NCBI GenBank assembly: GCA_032718475.1
Contig: JAUCBJ010003485.1
Coordinates: 1 to 50,871 of the forward strand
Length of the DNA stretch: 50,871 nt
DNA from: Nemertoderma westbladi
Taxonomy: Eukaryota; Animalia; Xenacoelomorpha
Direction: 5' to 3'
The position numbers and the translations under genes are program-made. Shown in pieces: positions 37,450 through 50,677 of the stretch. The notes beneath the pieces were generated by a model. It was not told where the DNA came from. It did no database searches and was given only the letters and a program-made list of their open reading frames with translations. The stretch's first letter is position 1. Every line of letters begins with the position of its first letter.

Positions 37450-37706
37450 GTATGCGTTATACTATTGGTTAGTTATACTATTGTTGGGTTCGTTAGTGTA
37501 TTGTGAGATGTTGACACAACTTGCGCCAATCACGTTTATAATTACACATACTTCCTTGTGTAGCACCTACTTTTTATCTATTAAATGTAACACCTATTTT
37601 TCTATATAATTTTAACACATCTTTTTTTTCTTTAAAACATATAAATGTTTCATGCTGGTTGTCGCAACTATATTTTTCTTTATAGAATGAATGTAGGCCC
37701 TAACAC

Positions 37707-38610
37707 CAGGGACAGGATACGATACGATACGAAAACGGATTCTCGTATTTCGTCGCGCAGTATATTATTCGTATCGAATTTCGTATCTTATTATTTTGTT
37801 AATATTAATAAACAGTCAAACCAGAGATCACAGCAGCACTTCTTTCTTTAAATTTTTTTTCTCAAAATTGGTGTATATATTAGGTTACAGCTTACAGTTT
37901 TATAATGTCAATAAAATGTGTAAGACAAAGGATAGTTAACCACATTGTAATTAACTGTAGAATAATGATAAAACGACCACTGAAATATAATCTAATTACA
38001 GTTTAAATAAACTTGTGAGCATACACATGATATGATAATTCATTCTAATGAGAAAATCATTGATAATGAAATAAAACATACTTTTATTCTAGTATTTGTT
38101 TGACATCCAAATTGAAATTTTGAATTTTATTCCATATGGTATAATGCATCCAATTCAAAATTATTCCATAAATAACGGCAGTAGGCCTGGGTACATCAGT
38201 GTAGTATGCATAAAGTGGCATGGTAATATGGTAACGCCTATTATTGGGCCCAGTTGCATAACGTCGATATGTTCTACTATTGGGCCATGTTGCATAACGT
38301 CCTTATGGATATTAATTGTAGCCAGTAGACACACTATTGCTGAAGCAAGCATATTGGAACAAGTAATTGTAAATAATTTTGTAAGTTTGTAAGTAATTGT
38401 AATTACAGAATACAATACATATATTTTTATAAACTCTTGGATAAAATACGATACGAAAAAAATACGAAACTTTTTTCGTATTTCTTATCGTATCTTTGAT
38501 TTTTCGCATCGTATCGTATTTTCTCAAAATTACATTCGTATCGAATCGTATCGTATCGTGAAAAATTGGTTCGGTATCGTATCGTATTTTCGTATCGTAT
38601 CCTGTCCCTG
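37707..38610. mobile_element. hAT-type MITE, 904 bp
   Basis: TIRs CAGGGACAGGATACGATACGA / TCGTATCGTATCCTGTCCCTG; perfect 8-bp TSD CCTAACAC; subterminal (CGTAT)n. Confidence 0.92.
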
Positions 38611-38659
38611 CCTAACACCTATTTGTTCTCTGAAGAATGTAACATGGATGTAGCGACTG

Positions 38660-41646
38660 TTTTTTCTGTATAGAATGTAACACCTATTTTTTTTGTATAG
38701 AATGTAACACCTATTTTTCTTTATAGAATGTAACACCTATATTTTCTTTATAGAATGTAACACCTATTTTTTCTGTATAGAATGTAACACGTATTTTTTC
38801 TGTATAGAATGTAACACCTATTTTTTCTGTATAGAATGTAACACCTATTTTTTCTGTATAGAATGTAACACCTATTTTTTCTGTATAGAATGTAACACCT
38901 ATTTTTTCTGTATAGAATGTAACACCTATTTTTTATGTATAGAATGTAACACCTATTTTTTCATTATAGAATGTAACACCTATTTTTTATGTATAGAATG
39001 TAACACCTAATTTTTCTGTATAGAATGTAACACCTATTTTTTCTTTATAGAATGTAACACCTATTTTTCTTTATAGAATGTAACACCTATTTTTTCTGTA
39101 TAGAATGTAACACCTATTTTTTCTGTATAGAATGTAACACCTATTTTTTCTGTATAGAATGTAACACCTATTTTTTCTGTATAGAATGTAACACCTATTT
39201 TTTCTTTATAGAATGTAACACCTATTTTTTATGTATAGAATGTAACACCTATTTTTTCTGTATAGAATGTAACACCTATTTTTTCTTTATAGAATGTAAC
39301 ACCTATTTTTCTTTATAGAATGTAACACCTATTTTTTCTGTATAGAATGTAACACCTATTTTTTCTTTATAGAATGTAACACCTATTTTTTATGTATAGA
39401 ATGTAACACCTATTTTTTCTGTATAGAATGTAACACCTATTTTTTCTTTATAGAATGTAACACCTATTTTTTCTTTATAGAATGTAACACCTATTTTTTC
39501 TTTATAGAATTAACACCTATTTTTTCTGTATAGAATGTAACACCTATTTTTTCTGTATAGAATGTAACACCTATTTTTTCTTTATAGAATGTAACACATA
39601 TTTTTTATGTATAGAATGTAACACCTATTTTTTCTTTATAGAATGTAACACATATTTTTTATGTATAGAATGTAACACCTATTTTTTCTTTATAGAATGT
39701 AACACCTATTTTTTCTTTATAGAATGTAACACCTATTTTTTCTTTATAGAATTAACACCTATTTTTTCTGTATAGAATGTAACACCTATTTTTTCTGTAT
39801 AGAATGTAACACCTATTTTTTCTTTATAGAATGTAACACATATTTTTTATGTATAGAATGTAACACCTATTTTTTCTTTATAGAATGTAACACCTATTTT
39901 TTCTGTATAGAATGTAACACCTATTTTTTCTGTATAGAATGTAACACCTATTTTTTCTGTATAGAATGTAACACCTATTTTTTCTTTATAGAATGTAATA
40001 CCTATTTTTTCTGTATAGAATGTAACACCTATTTTTTCTGTATAGAATGTAACACCTATTTTTTCTGTATAGAATGTAACACCTATTTTTTCTGTATAGA
40101 ATGTAACACCTATTTTTTCTGTATAGAATGTAACACCTATTTTTTCTGTATAGAATGTAACACCTATTTTTTCTGTATAGAATGTAACACCTATTTTTTC
40201 TGTATAGAATGTAACACCTATTTTTTCTTTATAGAATGTAACACCTATTTTTTATGTATAGAATGTAACACCTATTTTTTCTGTATAGAATGTAACACCT
40301 ATTTTTTCTTTATAGAATGTAACACCTATTTTTCTTTATAGAATGTAACACCTATTTTTTCTGTATAGAATGTAACACCTATTTTTTCTTTATAGAATGT
40401 AACACCTATTTTTTATGTATAGAATGTAACACCTATTTTTTCTGTATAGAATGTAACACCTATTTTTTCTTTATAGAATGTAACACCTATTTTTTCTTTA
40501 TAGAATGTAACACCTATTTTTTCTTTATAGAATTAACACCTATTTTTTCTGTATAGAATGTAACACCTATTTTTTCTGTATAGAATGTAACACCTATTTT
40601 TTCTTTATAGAATGTAACACATATTTTTTATGTATAGAATGTAACACCTATTTTTTCTTTATAGAATGTAACACATATTTTTTATGTATAGAATGTAACA
40701 CCTATTTTTTCTTTATAGAATGTAACACCTATTTTTTCTTTATAGAATGTAACACCTATTTTTTCTTTATAGAATTAACACCTATTTTTTCTGTATAGAA
40801 TGTAACACCTATTTTTTCTGTATAGAATGTAACACCTATTTTTTCTTTATAGAATGTAACACATATTTTTTATGTATAGAATGTAACACCTATTTTTTCT
40901 TTATAGAATGTAACACCTATTTTTTCTGTATAGAATGTAACACCTATTTTTTCTGTATAGAATGTAACACCTATTTTTTCTGTATAGAATGTAACACCTA
41001 TTTTTTCTTTATAGAATGTAATACCTATTTTTTCTGTATAGAATGTAACACCTATTTTTTCTGTATAGAATGTAACACCTATTTTTTCTGTATAGAATGT
41101 AACACCTATTTTTTCTGTATAGAATGTAACACCTATTTTTTCTGTATAGAATGTAACACCTATTTTTTCTGTATAGAATGTAACACCTATTTTTTCTGTA
41201 TAGAATGTAACACCTATTTTTTCTGTATAGAATGTAACACCTATTTTTTCTGTATAGAATGTAACACCTATTTTTTCTTTATAGAATGTAACACCTATTT
41301 TTTCTGTATAGAATGTAACACCTATTTTTTCTTTATAGAATGTAACACCTATTTTTTCTTTATAGAATGTAACACCTATTTTTTCTGTATAGAATGTAAC
41401 ACCTATTTTTTCTGTATAGAATGTAACACCTATTTTTTCTTTATAGAATGTAACACCTATTTTTTCTGTATAGAATGTAACACCTATTTTTTCTTTATAG
41501 AATGTAACACCTATTTTTTCTTTATAGAATGTAACACCTATTTTTTCTGTATAGAATGTAACACCTATTTTTTCTGTATAGAATGTAACACCTATTTTTT
41601 CTTTATAGAATGTAACACCTATTTTTTCTTTATAGAATGTAACACC
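38660..41646 (+). repeat. 27-bp minisatellite, ~110 copies (AATGTAACACCTATTTTTTCT(G/T)TATAG), equal to the NUDT5 intron-4 acceptor junction
   Basis: Directly visible. The last unit runs into exon 5; degenerate copies extend back to ~37560. Confidence 0.97.
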
Positions 41647-41717
41647 CAGTCCCGACGAGGGTGAGTTTATTAAGGTGCACCTCGTTCCCTTATCCGGGCT
41701 TACTAACACTCTAAATG
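41636..41717 (+). CDS. NUDT5: NUDT5 exon 5 (NVTPSPDEGEFIKVHLVPLSGLTNTLN)
   Basis: Phase-0 acceptor TTTTCTTTATAG, GTAAGT donor; matches recalled PKPGDGEFVEVISLP. Confidence 0.9.
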
Positions 41718-42034
41718 GTAAGTAAATATCATCCTTATAATTTAAGGTTCAATTTGGTGGAGTTTCCTCCAATAATACCCTGATCACCTAATTTAAAAAA
41801 ACAATTGTTTAAATTAATATTGTGATAATATGAATAAATAAGAACAAAAATGAAGTTTTTTTATTTATTATTATCTTTTAAGCAATTTCTTTAACTTCTG
41901 TCTTATTTATTTTGGAGTTTTAGCAGTAATATAAGAAATAATAATATCAGCTCATTTTACCAATAAATGTTGACAAGTGCTTATACGTTATCCTTAAAAT
42001 GACAGTTCAGTAGTTTCTTTACTTTCCTTTATAG

Positions 42035-42171
42035 AGTTCTCTAGTCGTGGCGTTATGGTTGATGCGCGACTGTACGCCTACGCACGGGGCCGCGATGCTG
42101 TTAGTCGGGAGTTGGAGCGGAGAAAGAGAGAGGTTATCGGTCAACCCGAGGAACTAATTAGTCGTCGCTAA
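42035..42171 (+). CDS. NUDT5: NUDT5 exon 6 (EFSSRGVMVDARLYAYARG...ISRR*)
   Basis: TTCCTTTATAG acceptor, phase 1; VDARLYAYA matches VDARVYSYA. Spliced CDS is 663 nt, 220 aa. Confidence 0.92.
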
Positions 42172-42275
42172 TTTATTGATTAATCTACCCTCATAGCTCT
42201 GTGGTAGCATAACGCCGTTGCTATGGTGGCATGCCTAACTCGCAGTGTCATGGTAACCAACTCGTGTTGCTAGGT

Positions 42276-42964
42276 TGTTTGGTGGAGAGTCTTGGGTCCC
42301 TCTTGGGTATTGGTTTAGCAGCACATCAATGTGTTTGGTGGGGAGTCTTGGGTCCCTCTTGGGTATTGGTTTAGCAGCACATCAATGTGTTTGGTGGGGA
42401 GTCTTGGGGTCCCTCTTGGGTATTGGTTTAGCAGCACATCAATGTGTTTGGTGGGGAGTCTTGGGGTCCCTCTTGGGTATTGGTTTAGCAGCACATCAAT
42501 GTGTTTGGTGGGGAGTCTTGGGGTCCCTCTTGGGTATTGGTTTAGCAGCACATCAATGTGTTTGGTGGGGAGTCTTGGGGTCCCTCTTGGGTATTGGTTT
42601 AACAGCACATCAATGTGTTTGGTGGAGAGTCTTGGGTCCCTCTTGGGTATTGGTTTAGCAGCACATCAATGTGTTTGGTGGAGAGTCTTGGGTCCCTCTT
42701 GGGTATTGGTTTAGCAGCACATCAATGTGTTTGGTGGAGAGTCTTGGGTCCCTCTTGGGTATTGGTTTAGCAGCACATCAATGTGTTTGGTGGAGAGTCT
42801 TGGGTCCCTCTTGGGTATTGGTTTAGCAGCACATCAATGTGTTTGGTGGGGAGTCTTGGGGTCCCTCTGGGGTATTGGTTTAGCAGCACATCAATGTGTT
42901 TGGTGGGGAGTCTTGGGGTCCCTCTTGGGTATTGGTTTAGCAGCACATCAATGTGTTTGGTGGG
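42276..42964 (+). repeat. 56/57-bp minisatellite, ~12 copies
   Basis: TGTTTGGTGG(A/G)GAGTCTTGGG(G)TCCCTCTTGGGTATTGGTTTAGCAGCACATCAATG, starting ~105 bp after the NUDT5 stop. Confidence 0.96.
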
Positions 42965-43368
42965 TTGGTGAGTTAAATAGCTGACTGTATTCTATGTAGG
43001 TAAAGGTTGAACATATTGAGAACAAAATAATAATTATTGGTTTTAACAATTCCAAGTGCAGTTATTATTATAACAATATTTTAACTTTGATTTATGTTAT
43101 TAATAATTTTTTATATTGTTAAATATTAACTTAAGCTTACTTTGATAATATAATTTTAAGGTCAGTTATTTTAAACATTGGTGATGAGAACAAATCGAAT
43201 TATGCAATTTCGCTAATAACTTTAACTTTTTTCAGCAGTTAAATGCGAAATAATTGTTGTGAGGTAACAAACTCTTTTATTAACTACTTATAATTTATAA
43301 TTATATCCCAAATTACATTTACTTCGTCGTGTGTCGGTTTATCTATATAGTAACAAACGTAAATAATC

Positions 43369-46300
43369 CCCTATCTACCACGATACCTATCTACCATGAT
43401 ACCTATCTACCACGGTACCTATCTACCATGATACCTATCTACCACGATACCTATCTACCACGATACCTATCTACCACGATACCTATCTACCATGATACCT
43501 ATCTACCACGATACCTATCTACCACGATACCTATCTACCACGATACCTATCTACCACGATACCTATCTACCGTGATACCTATCTACCACGATACCTATCT
43601 ACCATGATACCTAACTACCATGATACCTATCTACCATGATACCTATTTACCATGATACCTATCTACCATGGTACCTATCTACCATGGTACCTATCTACCG
43701 TGATACCTATCTACCACGATACCTATCTACCACGATACCTATCTACCATGATACCTATCTACCACGATACCTATCTACCATGATACCTATCTACCACGAT
43801 ACCTATCTACCATGATACCTATCTACCACGATACCTATCTACCATGGTACCTATCTACCGTGATACCTATCTACCACGATACCTATCTACCACGATACCT
43901 ATCTACCATGATACCTATCTACCACGATACCTATCTACCATGATACCTATCTACCACGATACCTATCTACCATGATACCTATCTACCACGATACCTATCT
44001 ACCACGATACCTATCTACCGTGATACCTATCTACCACGATACCTATCTACCATGATACCTAACTACCATGATACCTATCTACCATGATACCTATCTACCA
44101 TGATACCTATCTACCACGATACCTATCTACCATGATACCTATCTACCACGATACATATCTACCATGATACCTATCTACCACGATACCTATCTACCATGAT
44201 ACCTAACTACCATGATACCTATCTACCACGATACCTATCTACCATGATACCTATCTACCACGATACCTATCTACCATGATACCTATCTACCACGATACCT
44301 ATCTACCACGATACCTATCTACCGTGATACCTATCTACCACGATACCTATCTACCATGATACCTATCTACCACGATACCTATCTACCATGATACCTATCT
44401 ACCACGATACCTATCTACCATGATACCTATCTACCATGATACCTATCTACCATGGTACCTATCTACCATGGTACCTATCTACCGTGATACCTATCTACCA
44501 CGATACCTATCTACCACGATACCTATCTACCATGATACCTATCTACCACGATACCTATCTACCATGGTACCTATCTACCGTGATACCTATCTAGCATGAT
44601 ACCTATATACCATGATACATATCTACCACGATACCTATCTACCACGATACCTATCTACCATGATACCTATCTACCATGATACCTATCTACCGTGATACCT
44701 ATCTACCACGATACCTATCTACCACGATACCTATCTACCACGATACCTATATACCATGATACCTATCTACCATGATACCTATCTACCATGATACCTATCT
44801 ACCGTGATACCTATCTACCGTGATACCTATCTAATCTACCATGATACCTATCTACCATGATACCTATCTACCACGATACCTATCTACCATGATACCTATC
44901 TACCACGATACCTATCTACCACGATACCTATCTACCGTGATACCTATCTACCACGATACCTATCTACCATGATACCTAACTACCATGATACCTATCTACC
45001 ATGATACCTATCTACCATGATACCTATCTACCACGATACCTATCTACCATGATACCTATCTACCATGATACCTATCTACCACGATACCTATCTACCACGA
45101 TACCTATCTACCACGATACCTATCTACCATGATACCTATCTACCACGATACCTATCTACCACGATACCTATCTACCACGATACCTATCTACCACGATACC
45201 TATCTACCGTGATACCTATCTACCACGATACCTATCTACCATGATACCTAACTACCATGATACCTATCTACCATGATACCTATTTACCATGATACCTATC
45301 TACCATGGTACCTATCTACCATGGTACCTATCTACCGTGATACCTATCTACCACGATACCTATCTACCACGATACCTATCTACCATGATACCTATCTACC
45401 ACGATACCTATCTACCATGATACCTATCTACCACGATACCTATCTACCATGATACCTATCTACCACGATACCTATCTACCATGGTACCTATCTACCGTGA
45501 TACCTATCTACCACGATACCTATCTACCACGATACCTATCTACCATGATACCTATCTACCACGATACCTATCTACCATGATACCTATCTACCACGATACC
45601 TATCTACCATGATACCTATCTACCACGATACCTATCTACCACGATACCTATCTACCGTGATACCTATCTACCACGATACCTATCTACCATGATACCTAAC
45701 TACCATGATACCTATCTACCATGATACCTATCTACCATGATACCTATCTACCACGATACCTATCTACCATGATACCTATCTACCACGATACATATCTACC
45801 ATGATACCTATCTACCACGATACCTATCTACCATGATACCTAACTACCATGATACCTATCTACCACGATACCTATCTACCATGATACCTATCTACCACGA
45901 TACCTATCTACCATGATACCTATCTACCACGATACCTATCTACCACGATACCTATCTACCGTGATACCTATCTACCACGATACCTATCTACCATGATACC
46001 TATCTACCACGATACCTATCTACCATGATACCTATCTACCACGATACCTATCTACCATGATACCTATCTACCATGATACCTATCTACCATGGTACCTATC
46101 TACCATGGTACCTATCTACCGTGATACCTATCTACCACGATACCTATCTACCACGATACCTATCTACCATGATACCTATCTACCACGATACCTATCTACC
46201 ATGGTACCTATCTACCGTGATACCTATCTAGCATGATACCTATATACCATGATACATATCTACCACGATACCTATCTACCACGATACCTATCTACCATGA

Positions 46301-46942
46301 TACCTATCTACCATGATACCTATCTACCGTGATACCTATCTACCACGATACCTATCTACCACGATACCTATCTACCACGATACCTATATACCATGATACC
46401 TATCTACCATGATACCTATCTACCATGATACCTATCTACCGTGATACCTATCTACCGTGATACCTATCTAATCTACCATGATACCTATCTACCATGATAC
46501 CTATCTACCATGATACATATCTACCATGATACCTATCTACCACGATACCTATCTACCATGATACCTATCTACCATGATACCTATCTACCACGATAGCTAT
46601 CTACCATGATACCTATATACCATGATACCTATCTACCATGATACCTATCTACCATGATACATATCTACCATGATACCTATCTACCATGATACCTATCTAC
46701 CACGATAGCTATCTACCATGATACCTATATACCATGATACCTATCTACCATGATACCTATCTACCATGATACCTATATACCATGATACCTATCTACCATG
46801 ATACCTATCTACCATGATACATATATACCACGATACCCATCTACCACGATACCTATCTACCATGATACCTATCTACCATGATTCCTATCTACCACGATAC
46901 CTATCTACCATGATACCTATCTACCATGATACCTAACTACCG
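43369..46942 (+). repeat. 16-bp minisatellite, ~220 copies (ACCTATCTACCA(T/C)GAT)
   Basis: Directly visible. Confidence 0.97.
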
Positions 46943-48409
46943 TTGAAAGTCACTTGGCCCTTTCTCATGGTACCGTTATTTTAATGTAATTTTGCAAAAA
47001 AAATCAAAATAAATTCTACTTTCTTGTAAATAATTGTTTTTTTCATGTTAATTAGGCCAACTATAAATGTAATAACCAGAAATATTTTTTATCTTTGATT
47101 ATTATGTTATGTATTGCTGAGTTTTTGTTTCTTTGCTCGCATTGCTTTAATTAACTTATTCACTGCATATCAGTGAAGTAGAACTCTATCGCATACCAGC
47201 TCGAATGAGGGAATCGCACGGTTGAGCGTAGCGAGCGAGGATAATCATATAACGAGGATGGTAATGCAATAAGGTACTACTAATTGGCAATGGAGAACGT
47301 AATTTTATTGAATTTCGACAACGTCATTGCATTCGGTTCGAGTAGAAATTAACAACAATTTTAATTTTATATTTGTCAATATTGGGTAATATTTAAAAAG
47401 GTTAGAGAAGCCTACTTATGCATTTATATTTTTATTCCAAAACGCTTGTTTATAAAATTACAAAAATCATATACTAGCAGGTTTTTGCTTTTTTCATTTT
47501 TATGTTCTATATTACATGTTCTATATGTTTTACATATGTTTGTAAATGTTCTATATCATTGTACATTATATAAAAAGAGTCCCGTTTTTATTATAAACGA
47601 ACGAAACTTAATTTTAATTAGCGAGTAATGCAATTAAATGCATCGCGCCTAATAGAATGGAATGTAATTAAAAATGTCGAAATGCAATAATAATATTTAA
47701 TCTGCTCTTTTGCGAGGGAAACATATCGCTGTTATTCATTGTGTTAACTGTTTATTTTATATTAAACTCATCTACCATTCCAACAGTGAGAAACTATTAA
47801 TTATTACTTCCATTTAATTTATCGACATTCTGGGATAATTTACGTAAATGTTTAGTCTTAATTCAGAATTTTATCATTTACAATCTTAAGGCGGGAATCA
47901 TCGATTGAATGATGTTAATTATTATGTTCAAACGGATGGAGTCCCGATTATTTCTCAATAATTGATATTATTGATGTTATATAATGTTACTTTTTAAATC
48001 TTGTATCACTTTGTTATACGTGATCATTTGTTATCAATACCCACAATCTGTTTGTAATTATTAAATACATTTTACTCGAGGCTTTCACATTTCTAAGTTC
48101 ATATTAATTTACTTGGGTTGGTTTGGTGCTCCAAACGGGGTCGGATTTGTCGGCCGCCCTAATATACAATCCTTTTTCTACTCCTTTTATCTATGTAATA
48201 ACTAATATTGTTTCTTAATAATGTCATATTACAGTAAACTGATTGTATAGAGTTAGTACTGTATAAAGGATAAGTTGATTACCAATTATATTTTGTGTAG
48301 CACTAATAAATATCAGTGCCAGCTGATGTTACTTACTAACTTAACACCATAATTCATTTCACAGTTGATTACGTCAATGAATTAATAAAATCTGTAACGG
48401 TATTATATT

Positions 48410-48670
48410 TTAGAAGAGACTGAAGTCTTTATTAGTTTGGCACATTTGGTGTACGAAACTTGTCATTTCCGAGTTAATATGAGGGTGTCGCTTTACTTGT
48501 GCCCATGGCAACGGTGCTCTGGCGTCTTCCGGTAAATCTTTGTATTCCCACCCGTATGACATTCCGTTGGCCACCGCTAGGTTGTATAAATCGTTGGGGT
48601 GTTTGTCGTTTCGCGAATGTTTTCGGCGCTGTTCTTTGTATTCCCTGTAGCTCGTTGTGCGAGTAGTTGG
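48410..48670 (-). CDS. TEX49: TEX49/SPMIP11-like protein, exon 2
   Basis: TTTATACAG acceptor, phase 0; HPNDLY...LPWAQVKRHPHINSEMTSFVHQMCQTNKDFSLF resembles the recalled TEX49 C-terminus (PW...RH...S.MT.F.....FSLY). Confidence 0.75.
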   Translation of the reverse strand, partial: PTTRTTSYREYKEQRRKHSRNDKHPNDLYNLAVANGMSYGWEYKDLPEDARAPLPWAQVKRHPHINSEMTSFVHQMCQTNKDFSLF

Positions 48671-49033
48671 CTGTATAAACGACAAGTTTAAACGGTGAAT
48701 AAATATTAACTATGCCAAACGTGAAGGCAATTGAGCAGATTACAGCGCCAGTATAACCACAATAAGTACTAACCAAAATAATAAACGGAAGTAAACAGCA
48801 TAGCTCGATTGCTGCAGTTTCATTTTTATTAATAATAACGGTTTGTCGGCTGTCGGTGTAGCGTTTCGTTTACGCTTTATTTATTGTACGTTTCGTATAT
48901 TCTAACGCTCGTTGCGACCATTATGATACACTTTGTGGTGACAGCACTGCTTAGCAATGTACAGTATGTAGGCCTATTAAAATATTGTACTGTAGGTCAA
49001 TGTACAGTATGAATTAATTTAGAAAAAACTCAC

Positions 49034-49204
49034 GGATTGTGGGGGTTGTGATGATTCGTCTTCCTGTGACGGAATGTCGGGCAACCCGCTGTCCTTATCG
49101 TGAGGAGGAAACGGCGGACAGATAAAGTCGGGTTTATCTCCAACCCTAAGATGGGGCGAAATCGCTTCATTGTAACCCATCATTGTCAAGTTAAAGAATG
49201 ACAT
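49034..49204 (-). CDS. TEX49: TEX49/SPMIP11-like protein, exon 1
   Basis: MSFFNLTMMGYNEAI resembles recalled MAFFNLYLLGYQN; GTGAGT donor, phase 0; joined product is 143 aa. Confidence 0.75.
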
Positions 49205-49436
49205 TGTCGTTGAAGTGTTTCAATACTGATATACAATAAAACTAATTATAATAGGACTTAGAGATTATTTAATGAGATTATTTAATTTAATAATAGAGAA
49301 AATATTATAACCTTGACTCGTATAGGCCTAAGACATGTAATTTTAGTAAACTGTAATAATTTCAGTTAAGAATGTAATATTATGGATTTGTTCAGAAATG
49401 GAAAAAATGAGAAAGCGCGTCACCGGGGTTTGAACC

Positions 49437-49482
49437 AGCGTTATACGTACGTTTCAGCCTATCAGGCCTCATCAGTAGCGCT
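49437..49482 (-). ncRNA. Minimal type I hammerhead ribozyme
   Basis: AGCGCUA CUGAUGA GGCC UGAUA GGCU GAAA CGUACG UA UAACGCU: conserved core, stem II, palindromic stem III, GUA triplet, stem I with one mismatch. Confidence 0.75.
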
Positions 49483-49527
49483 AACCAGTTCAGCCACTTG
49501 CCCCTGACATTCACTCTCCCACTGGTT

Positions 49528-49571
49528 AGCGCTACTGATGAGGCCTGATAGGCTGAAACGTGCGTAGCGTT
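49528..49571 (+). ncRNA. Second hammerhead copy, probably damaged
   Basis: CTGATGAGGCCTGATAGGCTGAAACGTGCGTAGCGTT; lacks 2 nt at the cleavage site/stem I relative to the other copy. Confidence 0.55.
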
Positions 49572-50677
49572 GGTTCAACCCCTGGTGACGCGGTTTCTCA
49601 TTTTTTCAGTTTCTGAACAAAACCATAATATTACATCTGTAATTACAGTTGCATTAACAGCTCAACTCCAATTAATTTTAGTTAACTGAGATATTGGGAG
49701 ATCCTACATATTATTGTACTAGAATATCCAGTCACAAATTAACGCGGTACACAATATTTTTAAGGCTGATTTCATGGAACTACGTACCATAAACACCAAC
49801 CAAGGACAACTCAACTAACTCTACTTGACACCAACAAGTTTGGGCTTTGCGGCTAAGGTTTTGTGTACGGAGGCGGACTGACTGGCCATGACATCAACGC
49901 GCAGTATCAAAACCACGTCTACGACAAAAGCCTCGACTACCTAGACCAGTTTAGCTGGTCCCAACCCCCATTGATGCTATTATTTAATATATTACGACTG
50001 CCACAATTAATTTATACTGTAGCTCATTTGTATACACTACCAGTACAGTAATATTTTACATTTATATTGCCAACCAATAATATTGTGCACAGTACCGGTA
50101 CTTAATTTAGTTACATTTTTGTTACATAGTACTAATAAACAAGCCTTGCTGTGTGGGTTGGAAAATTCAACCAAATATTTTATGCTGCCGGCACAGTTTC
50201 TAGTGTATAACCCTTTATTCACATTGCAACCAAATAACTAATTTAAATATTTCTTAGTTGTCTCCCTTAATTAACTTCCATTTAAAAACCCATACATTTA
50301 TGGCATATTATTAACCATCGCAGATCGGTGAAGTTAAACAATAGAAGTCGTCACATGCGACTGATAGGCCGCGCTGAGCCTACCTGGCTACCGGTACTGT
50401 CAGACTGTTGTATGCCAACTGTAAATATTGTATTGTCGACGGTTTGTTTGCTTGTAACCTAGCAACGAAATTCGGGATAAGCTTTTTAAAGAACGCGCCA
50501 AACATTGCTCCAATTCTGAGGAGCCCTTAAAATTACTAGAATCACTATTTTCCTGATTGGTTTTAAACCGGGTACCTAGCAACGCCACCAGCTGGTTTCA
50601 AAATGCCATATTGCATTAGCAGGGGTCCTTAAAAATACTATAGAGTAACTATTTCAGGAGCCCTTAATTTTTTAACT

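Larger units (their letters stand above)
49372..49636. mobile_element. Foldback element with ~118-bp imperfect arms, each carrying a hammerhead core (Penelope/retrozyme/SINE-like)
   Basis: 49372-49489 is inverted at 49521-49636, with a 31-nt spacer. Confidence 0.8.

Noticed and set aside
40870-41709. 279-aa minus-strand ORF (EKIGVTFYT)n
   Set aside because: Antisense reading of the acceptor array and NUDT5 exon 5; no ATG start.
42275-43607. Overlapping ORFs in the 56-bp and 16-bp arrays; CRISPR-like appearance
   Set aside because: Head-to-tail tandem repeats with no unique spacers, no cas genes, and a eukaryotic context.
49415-49505. Possible tRNA gene on the minus strand
   Set aside because: A and B boxes are present, but there is no acceptor stem or anticodon arm; the centre is a hammerhead core.
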